A stretch of 64,000 nucleotides of DNA, taken from the NCBI GenBank assembly GCA_030390025.1, contig CM059438.1, forward strand, positions 55,182,001 to 55,246,000, written 5' to 3'. The notes under the pieces were generated by a model. That model did not search any database, was not told the DNA's origin, and worked only from the letters and a program-made list of their open reading frames with translations. Below are positions 21,120-33,004 of the stretch, piece by piece; within the stretch, counting starts at the first letter, position 1, and every line of letters starts with the position of its first letter. A program made the position numbers and the translations under genes. Source of the DNA: Squalus acanthias. Lineage: Eukaryota.

Positions 21120-22925
21120 CATAAATCACCCAGCTCTACCTCTCCACCACGTCTCTCGCTCGCGTCCTCCACTGCCTCCGTGGTGTCACTCTGCTTGTCC
21201 GACATCCAATCCTGGATGAACTTTAGCCTTCCCAATGTTTAATTGGAGAAAATTAAAGACATTGGGGGAAAAATTCAGTTGGTTGCGCCTCCCGTTAGCG
21301 CCTTAAGAGGGTGCTAAGCATCTAGCGCCCAGGCGCGGCAAAGTTTGTGCCGCTCGCGAAATTAACTAGACATTTTGCGGCGGCGCTAAACACTACCGCC
21401 ACGATCTCCTGCGCCGGCAGATCATGACGTCACTCGAGTGCGCAACGCCCCGGAGTGGATATTGAGTGGCGCCCCCTGCCTTACCGCCTGACGCTAGCAA
21501 CGACAGGTTGAGGGGAGCGTTCTGCAGTCATGAAGGGAAAGGGGGAGCGCTATTTAAAGGTGACCGCTTCCTGCCTTTTATTGTTGGTGCCATTTTTGAA
21601 CTACGCATTCTGAGAGAGAGAGGGAGAGACTTCTGGAGAGATTCAACGTTGTGTGAAGGAGTTTTGGGTACTGAGCAGCACTTTGCAGGTTCATTTTGGT
21701 TTGCCATTCCTTGTATCGATTTAGCAGAGACTGTGGGGGCTGCATTCTGAGCTCTTTGCCTGGTACTCTCCATTGTTCTTTCCAGCACATTTGATGTGCA
21801 GGTCTCTCCAGGCCGAGATTCAAGGCTGCAATGAGCAGGATGTGGATGGAAAGCAAGATCAACCATCCCCTTTAAGAACTGGCCCGTGCCATTGTGTGTG
21901 TGTTCCATTGCTGACTGACATTACATGAGCTTCGCCAGCGCTCTGAGGTAGCGCCTCACTCCTCGGCCTTTGCGCCTTAAGACAGGTGTGAAGCGCCTGA
22001 TTTAGCGCTCCAATCACCTCCAGGGGCGATAAAAGTCAAGTTTGCAGTCGGTGGCGATAATTAGCGCCAGGCGCTAATCTTTGCGCCCGGCCGATAATTG
22101 CGCCCCAAATGGGGCGATACTGAATTTCTCCCCCATTGTCTTCTGTCCCTGCCACAAACTCCATTCCCTAGCCACCGACTCCATCCCTCTCCCTGGCCAC
22201 TGTCTCAGGCTGAACCAAACCGTTCTCAGCCTCGCCGTCCTGTTTGACCCTGAGCTGCATTTCCAACCCTATATCCACTCCATCACCAAGACCGCCTACT
22301 TCCACCTCCTCATCATCGCCCGTCTCCGCCCCACCTCAGCTCACCTGCTGCTGAAACCCTCAGCCGCGCCTTTGTTACCTCTAGACTGGACTATTCCAAC
22401 GCACTCCTGGCCGGCCTCTCACCCTCCGTAAACCTCAGTTCATCCAAAACTCTGCTGCCTGGATTCTAACTCGCACCAAGTCCTGTTCACCCATCACCCC
22501 TGTGCTCGCTCCCCATCTGGCAACGCCTCGACTTTAAAATTCTCATCCTCGTTTTCAAATCCCTCCATGGCCTCGCCCTGCCCAATCTCTGTAACCTCCT
22601 CCAGCCCTACAAAACCATCCCCGCCCCCCGAAATATCTGCGCTCCTCCAATTCAGGCCTTTTGTCCATCTCCCACTTCCTTCACTCCACCATTGGCAGCA
22701 TTGCCTTCAGGTGCTTAGGCCCTAAGCTCGGGCATTCCCTCGCTCAACCCCTCCACCTCTCTCTCCTCCTCCTTTGAAACCCACCCCTCTTTGACGAGGC
22801 CTTTACTCACCTTCCAAGTATCTCCTCCTTTGGCTCAGACAAACTTTCTTTGATAATCGCTCCTGTGAAGCACCTCGGGATGTTTTTCTATGTTAAAGGC
22901 GCTGCATAAATACAAGTTGTTGTTA
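21120..22925 (+). mobile_element. L2-type LINE 3' part, interrupted by a MITE
   Basis: Degenerate RT C-terminus (CLSDIQSWMN, LFDPEL, KTAYFHL) and tail AAAGGCGCTGCATAAATACAAGTTGTTGTT. Confidence 0.8.
21264..22134 (+). mobile_element. GC-rich TIR MITE (PIF/Harbinger-like)
   Basis: 16-bp TIR GGGGGA(A/G)AAATTCAGT with one mismatch; 3-bp TSD ATT at 21261-21263 and 22135-22137. Confidence 0.85.
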
Positions 22926-23304
22926 ATACCAAACTAAGATTGTCAAGTTTGTTGTCGACACTAGAACAGGAAAAGTAGAGACCGAAGACTCAGTGAAAGA
23001 TCTGCGGAGGTCTCAGACTGGTTACCCAATTGGAAAAACAACATTTAAATGAATCGGCAAGTGTGTAGTCAAGAAGAACAAACCCGACCCCAAGTGTTGA
23101 GGGAATGAGCTAGGAGCAAAGACTGCAGCAGCTCAAGCTCTATAGTCTATAGAGGAGGCGGGTGAGGGAGCCTCATCACAGCAAAGACAATATTAAAGAT
23201 CAAAAACCCAGATTATCTGAGAATAGACCAGGAAAATAAAAGCTAAATGGAAATGAGTCAGTTTTTAAAAAGTCAGAAAAAACATCTTTATTCATTATTT
23301 GTGT

Positions 23305-23430
23305 ACAGCAAGATCTCACAAACAGGAGTGAGATGAATGACCAGATAGCCTGTTGTTAGTGATGTTGATTTGAGGAATAAATGCTTGTCAGGACACTGGG
23401 AGAACTCTCCTGCTCTTCTTCAAGCAATAC
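23305..23430 (-). mobile_element. Deu-domain SINE fragment
   Basis: Reverse-complement match to 31435-31560. Confidence 0.6.
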
Positions 23431-23644
23431 CTATGAAAAGTATCTCCACTACTCAAGGTCGAGGGGACTGTGTCTAGAAGATAGCAGCGGAAGATTTTCT
23501 GTACTGCCCCACATCTATCGACCACCAAAACTTTCAGTAAAACTCCCTTGTCTGGGTGAAAAAGCTCATCAGGCCCATCCTATCCATTGGATCATGCACC
23601 ATCCTCCCCAACCAGCAGTGACGTTAACTCCGGGGAGAGGCAGA

Positions 23645-24392
23645 GCAAGGGATCATGAGGCCATTCAGCCCCTCAAGCCTGTTGCACAATTCAATTCATG
23701 GCTGATCTGGAGCTCAACTCCATTTACCTGTCTTTGAGCCGTATCATTTAATACCCTGACCGAACAAAAATCTGTCCACCTCGGTCTTGAACGCTCCAAC
23801 TGACTCCCAGCATCCACAGCCTTTCGGGGAGCAAGTTCCAAATTTCTACTACGCTTTGCGTGAAGAAGTGCTTTCTGATTTCACTGCTGAATGGTCTAGG
23901 ATTGTGCCCTTGTTCTGGATTCCCCCCATTGAGGAAATAGATTCTCTGTATTTACTCTAATCAAATCCCTTTATTATTTTAAACACCTCCATGAGATCAC
24001 TCCTCAACCGTCAAAACTCAAGTTGATGCAACCTGTTCTCAATTTAACCCTTTAAGTGCTGGTATCATTTTGGTGAATCTGCGCTGCACCCCCTCTGAGG
24101 CCAACCTATCCTTTCTGAGGTACAGTGCCCAGAACTGAACGCAGTGTCCAGATAGGGTCTAACCAGAGCTCTGTAACAGCTGTAACATGACTTCCACCCC
24201 TTTGTGATAAAGGCCTGTTGGCCATTAGTCTTTTTGGTTACTTTCTGTACCTGTCCACTAGCTGTTAGTGATCTGTGCACAGCTCCATTAAGAAAATAAC
24301 ACAATTTGTCTTTCTCAAATCCAAAGTGGATGATCTCACACTTCCCCACATTGAATTACATCTGCCACAGTTTTGACCACTCAGTTAATCTG
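23645..24392 (-). mobile_element. Old CR1 LINE 3' fragment
   Basis: GKCEIIHFG, YRALVRP remnants and CR1 3' UTR GGCCATTCAGCCCCTC. Confidence 0.8.
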
Positions 24393-24892
24393 CTTTTGTA
24401 ACCCCAGCCCCTACCCCCCCACCCCCAAACACCTGCATTTATTCCAATTTCCTTGGGGCCAAAGGACTACACAGGACTGGAAACAACTGTGAAGCACCTT
24501 GGGACATTTTACTGGCGCAATATAAATGCAAGTCGTTGTTGTTTTCATCCCAAGTGCCACAGCCTTCTTACCCTACTTTGCATGGATCTATTCAATAGCC
24601 TCTCCTACCAAAACTGTATCCATTACCCTCTTAAAACTGATACCATCCTCCTATTCCACTGCCTCCCTGGGTGGCCATTCCACATTTACCACCTTGTGTG
24701 TGAAGCTCTACCGTAACGGCCTGTTCACCATTTCACGCCTACGTTTGAATCTCTGCCCTTGTCCTTGAGCTTGTTTTGATATTGAGTATCAGCCTGAGAT
24801 CCAGTTCATCTATTACTTTGAAGATCTTAAGTACCCCAATAAGGTGACTGCCCCACTGCCTCATTTTGCTGTGTAAACACCGAGTACCAGTA

Positions 24893-25145
24893 CAACAACA
24901 ACAACTTGTATTTATATAGCACCTTTAACATAGTAAAATGTCCCAAGGCGCTTCACAGGAGTGTTATAAGACAAAAATATGACACTGAGCCACATAAGGA
25001 TAAATTAGGGCAGGTGACCAAAAGCTTGGTCAAAGAGGTAGGTTTTAAGGAGCGTCTTAAAGGAGGAAAGAGAGGTAGAGAGGCGGAGAGGTTTAGGCAG
25101 GGAATTCCAGAGCTTAGGGCCTAGACAACAGAAGGCACGGCCACC
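24893..25145 (-). mobile_element. L2-type LINE 3' end
   Basis: (ACA)n tail, homologous to 9676-9925. Confidence 0.75.
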
Positions 25146-25436
25146 AAAAGTACCTTTAGTATTTCTTCCTAACTGAAGTGCCCAACACCCTTTGCCGACT
25201 TTATTGCCCTTTGTATTCCTGTTGAAGTCAGTACATCCTTCCTGTGGTACGGTGTCCAGAAGGTCTATCGAATGAAGTCAACGCAGGTGGGGGTTGGAAA
25301 GGGTTCATCTCTGTGAAACCAGCCACAGACTCAGAGGATAAAAACCTGGATTCAGGGCGTGGCAATTGTGACAATGAATCCAGACTGACTCGCAGCAAAG
25401 GAAATTCTTGGTGCTGAGCAAATGTCAACGATAACC

Positions 25437-25905
25437 GTCCGCTGCTGAAACCCTCATCCATACCTTTGTTACCTCCAGACTCGACTATTCCAACGCTCTC
25501 CTGGCCAGCCTCCCATCTTCCACCCTCCATAAACTTGAGCTCATCCAAAACTCTGTTGCCCGTATCCTAACTCACACCAAGTCCCGTTCACCCATCACCC
25601 CTGTGCTCCCGGTCCGGAAGCACCTCCAATTTAAAAATGATCATCCTTGTGTTCAAATCCCTCCATGGCCTCCGCCTCTCCCTATCTCTGTAACCTCCTC
25701 CTGCCCTACAACCCTCAGAGATCTCTGCGCTCCTCCAATTCTGGCCTCTTGCGCATCCCCCCAGTTCCTTCACTCCACCATTGGCTGTGCCTTCAACTAC
25801 CTGGGCCATAAGCTCTGGAATTTCCTCCCTCAACCTCTCCGCTTCTCTCTCCTCCTTTAAGACGCTCCTTAATTAAAGGCACTATATAAATGCAAGTTGT
25901 TGTTA
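25437..25905 (+). mobile_element. L2-type LINE 3' fragment
   Basis: Homologous to 22345-22925. Confidence 0.75.
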
Positions 25906-26098
25906 ATCCAGTTATGATCTGACGGGATTCCTGCTGTGAATTAATGTGTGGCTTCTGACACCACAGTTCCAGTATTAAAAAAGCTAGGGAGGCTCGTGTA
26001 TGGAAAATATATTTTTACTTAGATTTCTGTGCTGTTAGCAGCCAAAGATATCAACCAAACTGAAAAACCTGGCATTTTACACCTAGTCCAATCACTTC

Positions 26099-26104
26099 TT
26101 TATT
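26099..26104 (-). promoter_or_regulatory. Candidate polyadenylation signal for SUPV3L1
   Basis: AATAAA on the minus strand ~50 nt after the stop; a second AATAAA overlaps the stop codon (26151-26156). Confidence 0.5.
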
Positions 26105-26151
26105 GTTTATACGGGAAAGAAAATTTTCAGAGTCGAATAAATATGCTGAAT

Positions 26152-26638
26152 TTATTTCTTCTTCTTCCTCAATCCTTTGGAAGTAGTTTTACTCGGATCT
26201 TGAGCAGCAGCATCTCTAGGAGTTTGGCAACCATGCGTCTGGCTCGCTGACCACTCCTCCTGAAGCTGCTGCAGTAATTCAGCCGTAAGCTGTCCTTGCT
26301 GGACCAGCCTCGCACTCAGAGAGTCGCCAGTTCTCTCAGGTATGTCTGCTTCACAAACCACCGCTCTGTAGCCTAATGCCTTGGACCCTCGAATCCGCCT
26401 TGCTCCACTGTAGTCCCGATCCTTGGTATTTATGCCCTCCATATTTATCCTACGGTTTGTCCGTATCCCTCTGTAAACAGAAGCATCATCGCGTCCTGCG
26501 GTGGTTGCCGTGGAGATGGAATCCGATGCACGGATCAGACGGGTAATGTTCTTCACTCCAATCTGTATGATGCTGTCCAGCTCAGTCTGAATATCTCGCA
26601 CAAGATTCACATCTGGGAACATGTCCATGAACCGGTAA
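26152..26638 (-). CDS. SUPV3L1: SUPV3L1 terminal coding exon 15
   Basis: CAG acceptor then YRFMDMFPDVNLVRDIQTELDSIIQIGVKNITRLI...LSARLVQQGQLTAELLQQLQEEW...KKKK stop; the 12 exons total 1955 nt and stay in frame. Confidence 0.94.
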
Positions 26639-26659
26639 CTGGAACAGAAGACAGGGAAC

Positions 26660-27650
26660 AGAGATCAGAACCAATCTAGACCAGAACCAGAACCAATCTA
26701 GACCAGAACCAGAACCAATCTAGACCAGAACCAATCTAGACCAGAACCAGAACCAATCTAGACCAGAACCAGAAGCAATCTGGACCAGAACCAATCTAGA
26801 CCAGAACCAGAACCAATCTAGACCAGAACCAGAACCAATCTAGACCAGAACCAATCTAGACCAGAACCAGAACCAATCTAGACCAGAACCAATCTAGACC
26901 AGAACCAGAACCAATCTAGACCAGAGAGGGAAACAGAGATCAGAACCAATCTAGACCAGAACCAATCTAGACCAGAGAGGGAAACAGAGATCAGAACCAA
27001 TCTAGACCAGAACCAATCTAGACCAGAACCAGAACCAATCTAGACCAGAACCAGAACCAATCTAGACCAGAACCAATCTAGACCAGAACCAATCTAGACC
27101 AGAACCAGAACCAATCTAGAACAGAACCAGTCTAGACCAGAACCAATCTAGACCAGAACCAGAACCAATCTAGACCAGAACCAATCTAGACCAGAACCAG
27201 AACCAATCTAGACCAGAACCAATCTAGACCAGAACCAGAACCAATCTAGACCAGAACCAGTCTAGACCAGAGAGGGGAAACAGAGATCAGAACCAATCTA
27301 GACCAGAACCAGAACCAATCTAGACCAGAACCAATCTAGACCAGAACCAGAACCAATCTAGACCAGAACCAATCTAGACCAGAACCAGAACCAATCTAGA
27401 CCAGAACCAGTCTAGACCAGAGAGGGAAACAGAGATCAGAACCAATCTAGACCAGAACCAATCTAGACCAGAGAGGGAAACAGAGATCAGAACCAATCTA
27501 GACCAGAACCAATCTGGACCAGAACCAGAACCAATCTAGACCAGAGAGGGGAGCAGAGATCAGAACCAATCTAGACCAGAACCAATCTAGACCAGAGAGG
27601 GGAGCAGAGATCAGAACCAATCTAGACCAGAACCAGAACCAATCTGGACA
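26660..27650. repeat. Intronic satellite of 16/22-bp units AGAACCAATCTAGACC with interspersed AGAGAGGGAAACAGAGATC
   Basis: ~1 kb array starting ~20 bp from the acceptor of SUPV3L1 exon 15. Confidence 0.97.
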
Positions 27651-27959
27651 GAACAGAGGAATACGAGGATATACTCAAATTCCAGAGCACGGTGTTACTG
27701 CTGAAAGAGGTAAATGCTAGCACTGGGCGGCACAAACCTAAGAGCTGCACTACCTGACCCTGAGGTGCATATTCTGCTCCTGGATGGTTTAGTGCAGCTG
27801 TTAGAACACAGTCAGTGTTTAAAAGTCCCTAGCTCTAACAGGAATGCATAGTGTATGGTCTCAGTAGAACCAAATCAGTTTTTCCAAGTTACTACAGTGT
27901 GTCAAAGATGCCAGGTTGAAGAACATTCCTAAACCACAGACACGAGCTCCTTAACTTAC

Positions 27960-28108
27960 CTTAACCACAGGTACAGATCCAATACATCATGCACAGCCTC
28001 CAGATGTACGAGGTCTTTGATATTTTTTGGTGGTATCAGTGGCCAGTTAACATGCCGACATAACCAGTCGAAGGTCAGTGGCTCATTCCTGCTGAACTGT
28101 CTGGCAAA
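27960..28108 (-). CDS. SUPV3L1: SUPV3L1 exon 14
   Basis: [52 protein letters not shown] acceptor, GTAAGT donor; 149 bp. Confidence 0.95.
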
Positions 28109-29159
28109 CTGGAGAATTCAAACAGACTCAAAGTTAAAAGTAACCAAGATAGCATCAGCAAATGTCAAAGCAACACATTAATGGCGTATCGTGCCACCCG
28201 TGGTTGAATAGTCACCACTATTCACTGTCTGGGGTCACAAGCCACTTGGGTGAGTGCAGCAAAGTCTGAATTTCTGCTTATATTTACTTAGACGATCAAA
28301 GTGGTTTGTTTTCCTTTGATGTGCTTCATTGTATGGGTTTATACAGTCGAGGCAGGCACAGTGATCATATCTTTCAGTGTATGCACCAATACATTTGACA
28401 TCTTTCTCTTTTGTTCATTGCATATATGTATGAAGTATTATCATATGGGCACCCACCACAGCAGTCCATGGCTGCCTCTGTGCTGTGGTACGTAGCTCAT
28501 CCTCTGATTATTCCTTCCTGATGTCAATGTCATCATTTAACTTTATATACACATCCACCAGATTCCCTCTGATTGCCCACTTTCAGGGCTGGCAGTTCAA
28601 TGACTCAATCACTACATCTTAAATCTTCTCTCCCTTAAATGAGGCTGGGAAAATCTTCCCTTTCCTCAGAGACCACCGCTTAAATCTAACTAGCGGCTCC
28701 TTCCTCTTCCTTTTTGATGGTTTCACCACCCATTCTTTACCTCTTCTCATTCTTGGCCTCACTATCTCTGGCCTCTAATGGAACTCCCACATGTCTACCA
28801 TCTCCAACAAGCTCTTTCCGACCAAACAATTACTTTTTCTCTCAACAACTTTTAACTCGCCATGAAGTCCAGTTCTTCCAAGACTTGATGATTGCTCCAA
28901 TATCTCCAGATGCCCTTGTATCACTTCTCTGCCACCCCTGGTCAGGACAAGGAAACAGTTCACTGAGCTGACCCCTCTCACAGTTCCAAGCTCCTACCCT
29001 CACTAGTTTTGCTGTCTTTATCTGATCATTCCCAGCATGGTAAACACTCTTCTGTATTTTCCTCTCGTTCCTTCCAAGTTTCAAATGCATGACCACTGAT
29101 ACACTCCACCCCCTCTGCACTGTGTTGACATCCAGACTTACAACAGTCTCCTAATCTAA

Positions 29160-29245
29160 CTTTGACCTGAAACGTTAACTCTGTTTCTTTCTCCACGGAT
29201 GCTGCCTGGCCTGCTGAGTTTTTCCAGCGTTTTCTGTTGTTATTC
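29160..29245 (+). mobile_element. Penelope pseudo-LTR fragment
   Basis: GACCTGAAACGTTAACTCTGTTTC...TTCTGTTGTTATT matches 7635-7715; the CUGAnGA box is missing. Confidence 0.8.
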
Positions 29246-31240
29246 CTAATCTAACTCATCTTTTCCTCAGCACCTTAAATCTGAGGAACCCCTTACCCCC
29301 CTCCTACAATAATGAGGTTTTAAAACCCATCTTGGCATCACCTAATCACAATTTCCTGATTTACATTCCCTTCCTTTATACTCTTTTCAAGCCGGGTGTG
29401 TCCTGAACTATAATATTTTGCCCTACCATGGCTTCTAAATTCGAGAAGGATTTGCCCGACAGCTTCTGCATTAAAGGAGAGACGGAAGTGCTGATTCTGG
29501 CACTGCAGACAGGAAGAGGACTTCTAAACAGGACAAGAATTCTTCTGAACCTGCTGTTTGTTCAGTTTTCAGTCCATGTGTGAAGGACTTGATAAGTTGG
29601 TGCAGAGAATTTGTGAGCAGAGAGAACAGGTTGAGTTTGCCATTCAGAAACAGAACTTTGATCGACATTCATTTATTTATGCAGAATTTTAAATCATTCT
29701 TAAGAAGGGTAATAGACTCATTAAGGAATTTTCTACATACGATTAACACATTAAAAACAGCACATTTAACACATACAGATGTGACTGTTAGAAATACAAT
29801 CTTAAAATGCTGGGTGTTTCTGAGCTGCAGCCTGAAATTGACCAGCACATTCCAATCTGTATCGTTTCCTGTCCAGACAAACAAACCAATTATCCTGAGC
29901 CGGTGTTTTAATAAACTATTAGACCTTGTGTGCTTACAGAACACAGCTGCGCCGGAGCAGATTATAACTTTTTAAAAGATTTTAAATTTTTTCAAAAATT
30001 TAATTTTTTATTTAAAATGGTTAATTTAATGAACTATACTTATTTTATTAATGTGATGGGTTTTTTTTTTAATTTAATTGAGGTTTAGCTGTTATTTTGG
30101 GGGGGTGTGAGACTTATGAATGGAAGATGGTGTGCTGCCATTGGCTCTAACTGAGTCACGTGATCCCACAGCTCGCACGAATTCACTACGCCGCTGGGAT
30201 ACGCAAGCCCAGCACAGCTGATGTCTGGACCATCAAGTTCGTGCGAGCTGGATCAGAAAAAGCATAAGCGAGGTGAGACATCGCGGGGAAGGCTTACCCC
30301 CGCGGGAACAGAGCGAGATCAATTTCTGGGCCATTGTGTATTACGAGGTATAAATCTCCTGTCCTTACAACACAGCGTCTAATCGAACTTGAAACCAATG
30401 GAAAGAAAAACAGGCGCCAGGCACGAACACCAGTTTTATACTCCAGCAAAAACTGACGCCCAGCAAGACCAATCCCAGGCTTTTGAGAGAAGCTGTGGCC
30501 TTCAAATTAACAAACGTACTCAAAGACACAGAAAACATCTTTAAAATCATGTTCATAGAAAATATGTAATTGCGAATGTTTTCTATTAGAAATGTTCTTT
30601 TAAGTCTTCAGTCCATGTGTGAAGGACTTGATAAGTTGGTGCAGACAATTTGTGAATTTGAGGAGACAAAAATGCTAGATGAAAAATATCTGAATTGTGC
30701 TTTGAGCAAAGTGACTGGTTTACCTTCTCCTTTCTTTACTGGTTTCTCCAGACTGCTCATTCAGGATTGGTTGTTTTTATAAACGCTCAGTAGTTTCTCA
30801 CTGCTAGTTTGATAGCCACTTTCCTCGCCTCTGATTTGTACATTCCCTAATTCTTCAACTCTGATTTGTTGCTGTTTTACTTGGAGCCAATCAACAAACT
30901 GTGATGCTGGATGTGTGCAGATAGACTGTTTTTAATATAATCATCTAGTTTCCTGAGTTACTTTCGTACATTAATGGATAGATGTGTTCTACATTTAGTA
31001 TTCACTATTTTCCTGCTTCACAGAGCTCTCTAACAGTCGGTGTGGTTTTAGCCATTCTGAAGGGAATGTCCTAGTGCAGTGTGAGAGTACAGTAAAGCCA
31101 ATAGACAGATTACTGTAAGTCTGGCTCCTCTGTCAGTTCCAAGTGTAAAAACGGCACTGCTCCCGGATCACAGGGCACAGGCTCCACTTCAGGGAACTGC
31201 TGTTCGACTGTTCGGAGTTCTGGAAAAATACAACCTGCCT

Positions 31241-31670
31241 CTGTGGGTGGCACTCTCGCCTGAGTCAGAAGGTTGTGGGTTCAAGTCCCACTCCAGAGAT
31301 TTTAGCACAAAAATCTAGGCCAACACTTCAGTGCAGTACTGAGGGAGTGCTGCACTATCGGAGGTGCCATCTTTTGGATGAAAAGTTAAATTGAGGCCCT
31401 GTCTGCCCTCAGGTGGATGTAAAAGATCCCATGGCACTATTTAAAGAAGAGCAGAGGAGTTCTCCCCAGTGTCCTGGCAAATTTTTATCCCTCAACCAAC
31501 ATCACTAAAGCAGATTTTTTGGTCATTATCACATTCCTGTTTGTGGGAGCTTGCTGTGCACAAATTGGTCACCGCTTTTCCCACATTACAACAGTGACCA
31601 CACTTCAAAAGCACTTCATTGGCTGTAAAGCGCTTTGGGACGTCCTAAGGTGGTGAAAGGTGCTTTATCT
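31241..31670 (+). mobile_element. tRNA-headed Deu-domain SINE (SacSINE1/AmnSINE1-like)
   Basis: B box GGTTCAAGTCC, central GGTGGATGTAAAAGATCCCATGGCACTATT domain, L2-like tail; sister copy at 51611. Confidence 0.8.
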
Positions 31671-31761
31671 TTGTTTAACACTGTAATGGTATGGTACAGG
31701 AGGGCTGACAGCACCGGTGGGAGTGTGACCCCACTGGAGTGAGGGAGCGTGAGTAACGTAC

Positions 31762-31938
31762 CTTTAGAAAGGAGGTGCAGACAAAGGGCTGCTTCCTGTT
31801 GATTGGCGCGGTGCAGAAGACGTATCGCACACGGAGGTTCAGCGGGATGTGCTGGATCATGTCGGCAAGGAACTTGAAATCATCGATATTGCACACAAAA
31901 TAGAGTCCGTCTACCTGAGAGAGGCTCACAAATATATC
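31762..31938 (-). CDS. SUPV3L1: SUPV3L1 exon 13
   Basis: [62 protein letters not shown] acceptor, GTACGT donor; 177 bp. Confidence 0.95.
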
Positions 31939-32082
31939 CTGCGTTCAGAGAAAGACCCGGAAACAACAAAGGAATGTCGGGTTAATTTCACATCTGTAGA
32001 AAAGCGGCCAGTAAATAAACGGTTTGTATGAAGAGATTTCACAAGAGGCAGATCTCACAGCGGCTCCGACTGGAACACTTAC

Positions 32083-32163
32083 GATCAGGTTCGATAGGGT
32101 GGCATCGGGCAGCTGGTAGGCAAACATCTCGACCTGGTCCGCCGTGGGGTGCAATCCTGCTGC
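32083..32163 (-). CDS. SUPV3L1: SUPV3L1 exon 12
   Basis: [30 protein letters not shown] acceptor, GTAAGT donor; 81 bp. Confidence 0.94.
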
Positions 32164-32241
32164 CTTAAAAAGTTGACAGTGGTTAACAAATAAATACTTT
32201 CCCAAATGCTCCCCTCTTACACCTCCCCACTTCTGAAGATG

Positions 32242-32401
32242 ATGCGGAGATGCCGGTGTTGCACTGGGGTGGACAAAAATGAGAAGTCGCACAACACCAG
32301 GTTATAGTCCAACAGTTTTATTTGAAATTACAAGCAGCGCTCCGAAAGCTCGTAATTTCAAATAAAACTGTTGGACTATAACCTGGTGTTGTGCGACTTC
32401 T
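32242..32401. mobile_element. Second copy of the palindromic element (opposite orientation, centre deleted)
   Basis: Same arms as 8238-8440; 14-bp direct repeat CACTTCTGAAGATG at 32228-32241 and 32402-32415. Confidence 0.85.
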
Positions 32402-33004
32402 CACTTCTGAAGATGGGTGTTTATAGTCTGGTTTGTTGGGCACCAGGCACCCCTCCCCCGAGCACTTTGGCCAAGGGGCCATTCTCTTTCCTGAGCCTAG
32501 ACAGCGAGTGGTTAACGGCTATTGGTCAATGGGGCATCAGTGCCAAGCCCAATCCTGTCCTCCCCCAACTCTGCCCTCCCCCAACACTCCTTGAGATTAG
32601 CCTGTGGAACTGGACTCAAGTACAATCAGTGTCTTCGAGAAATACAAGTTCTCTTCAAAACAGCAACATATGTAAAAATGTTTTAAATAAGATGTACAGA
32701 ATGTACTTTTCTCACTTTACAAAGCTGCACTGTTTTCATTATTTTGCAACGACTGTGTGTGTTTATGGTGATCTTCTCTGGTTGGAGTTGAGTTGTCAGT
32801 AATGGGAACCGAAGGGAAACAGTGCACAATCCAGGCTCTCTATTAATTTTGAATTTGGAACAATAAACACAGGATACAAAAGATATCCAGACATCCATAA
32901 AGGCTGCCCTGTCTCACCGCCAGCCTCTGTCCCTCTCTTCTGTTACAACCTATCTTGGTGGTCTCTATTTAGCAATATGATGATGGTCCCCTAAGCTCCA
33001 AGTT

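Noticed and set aside
26660..27650. CRISPR-like regular repeat
   Set aside because: No unique spacers, no cas genes, eukaryotic intron; it is a satellite
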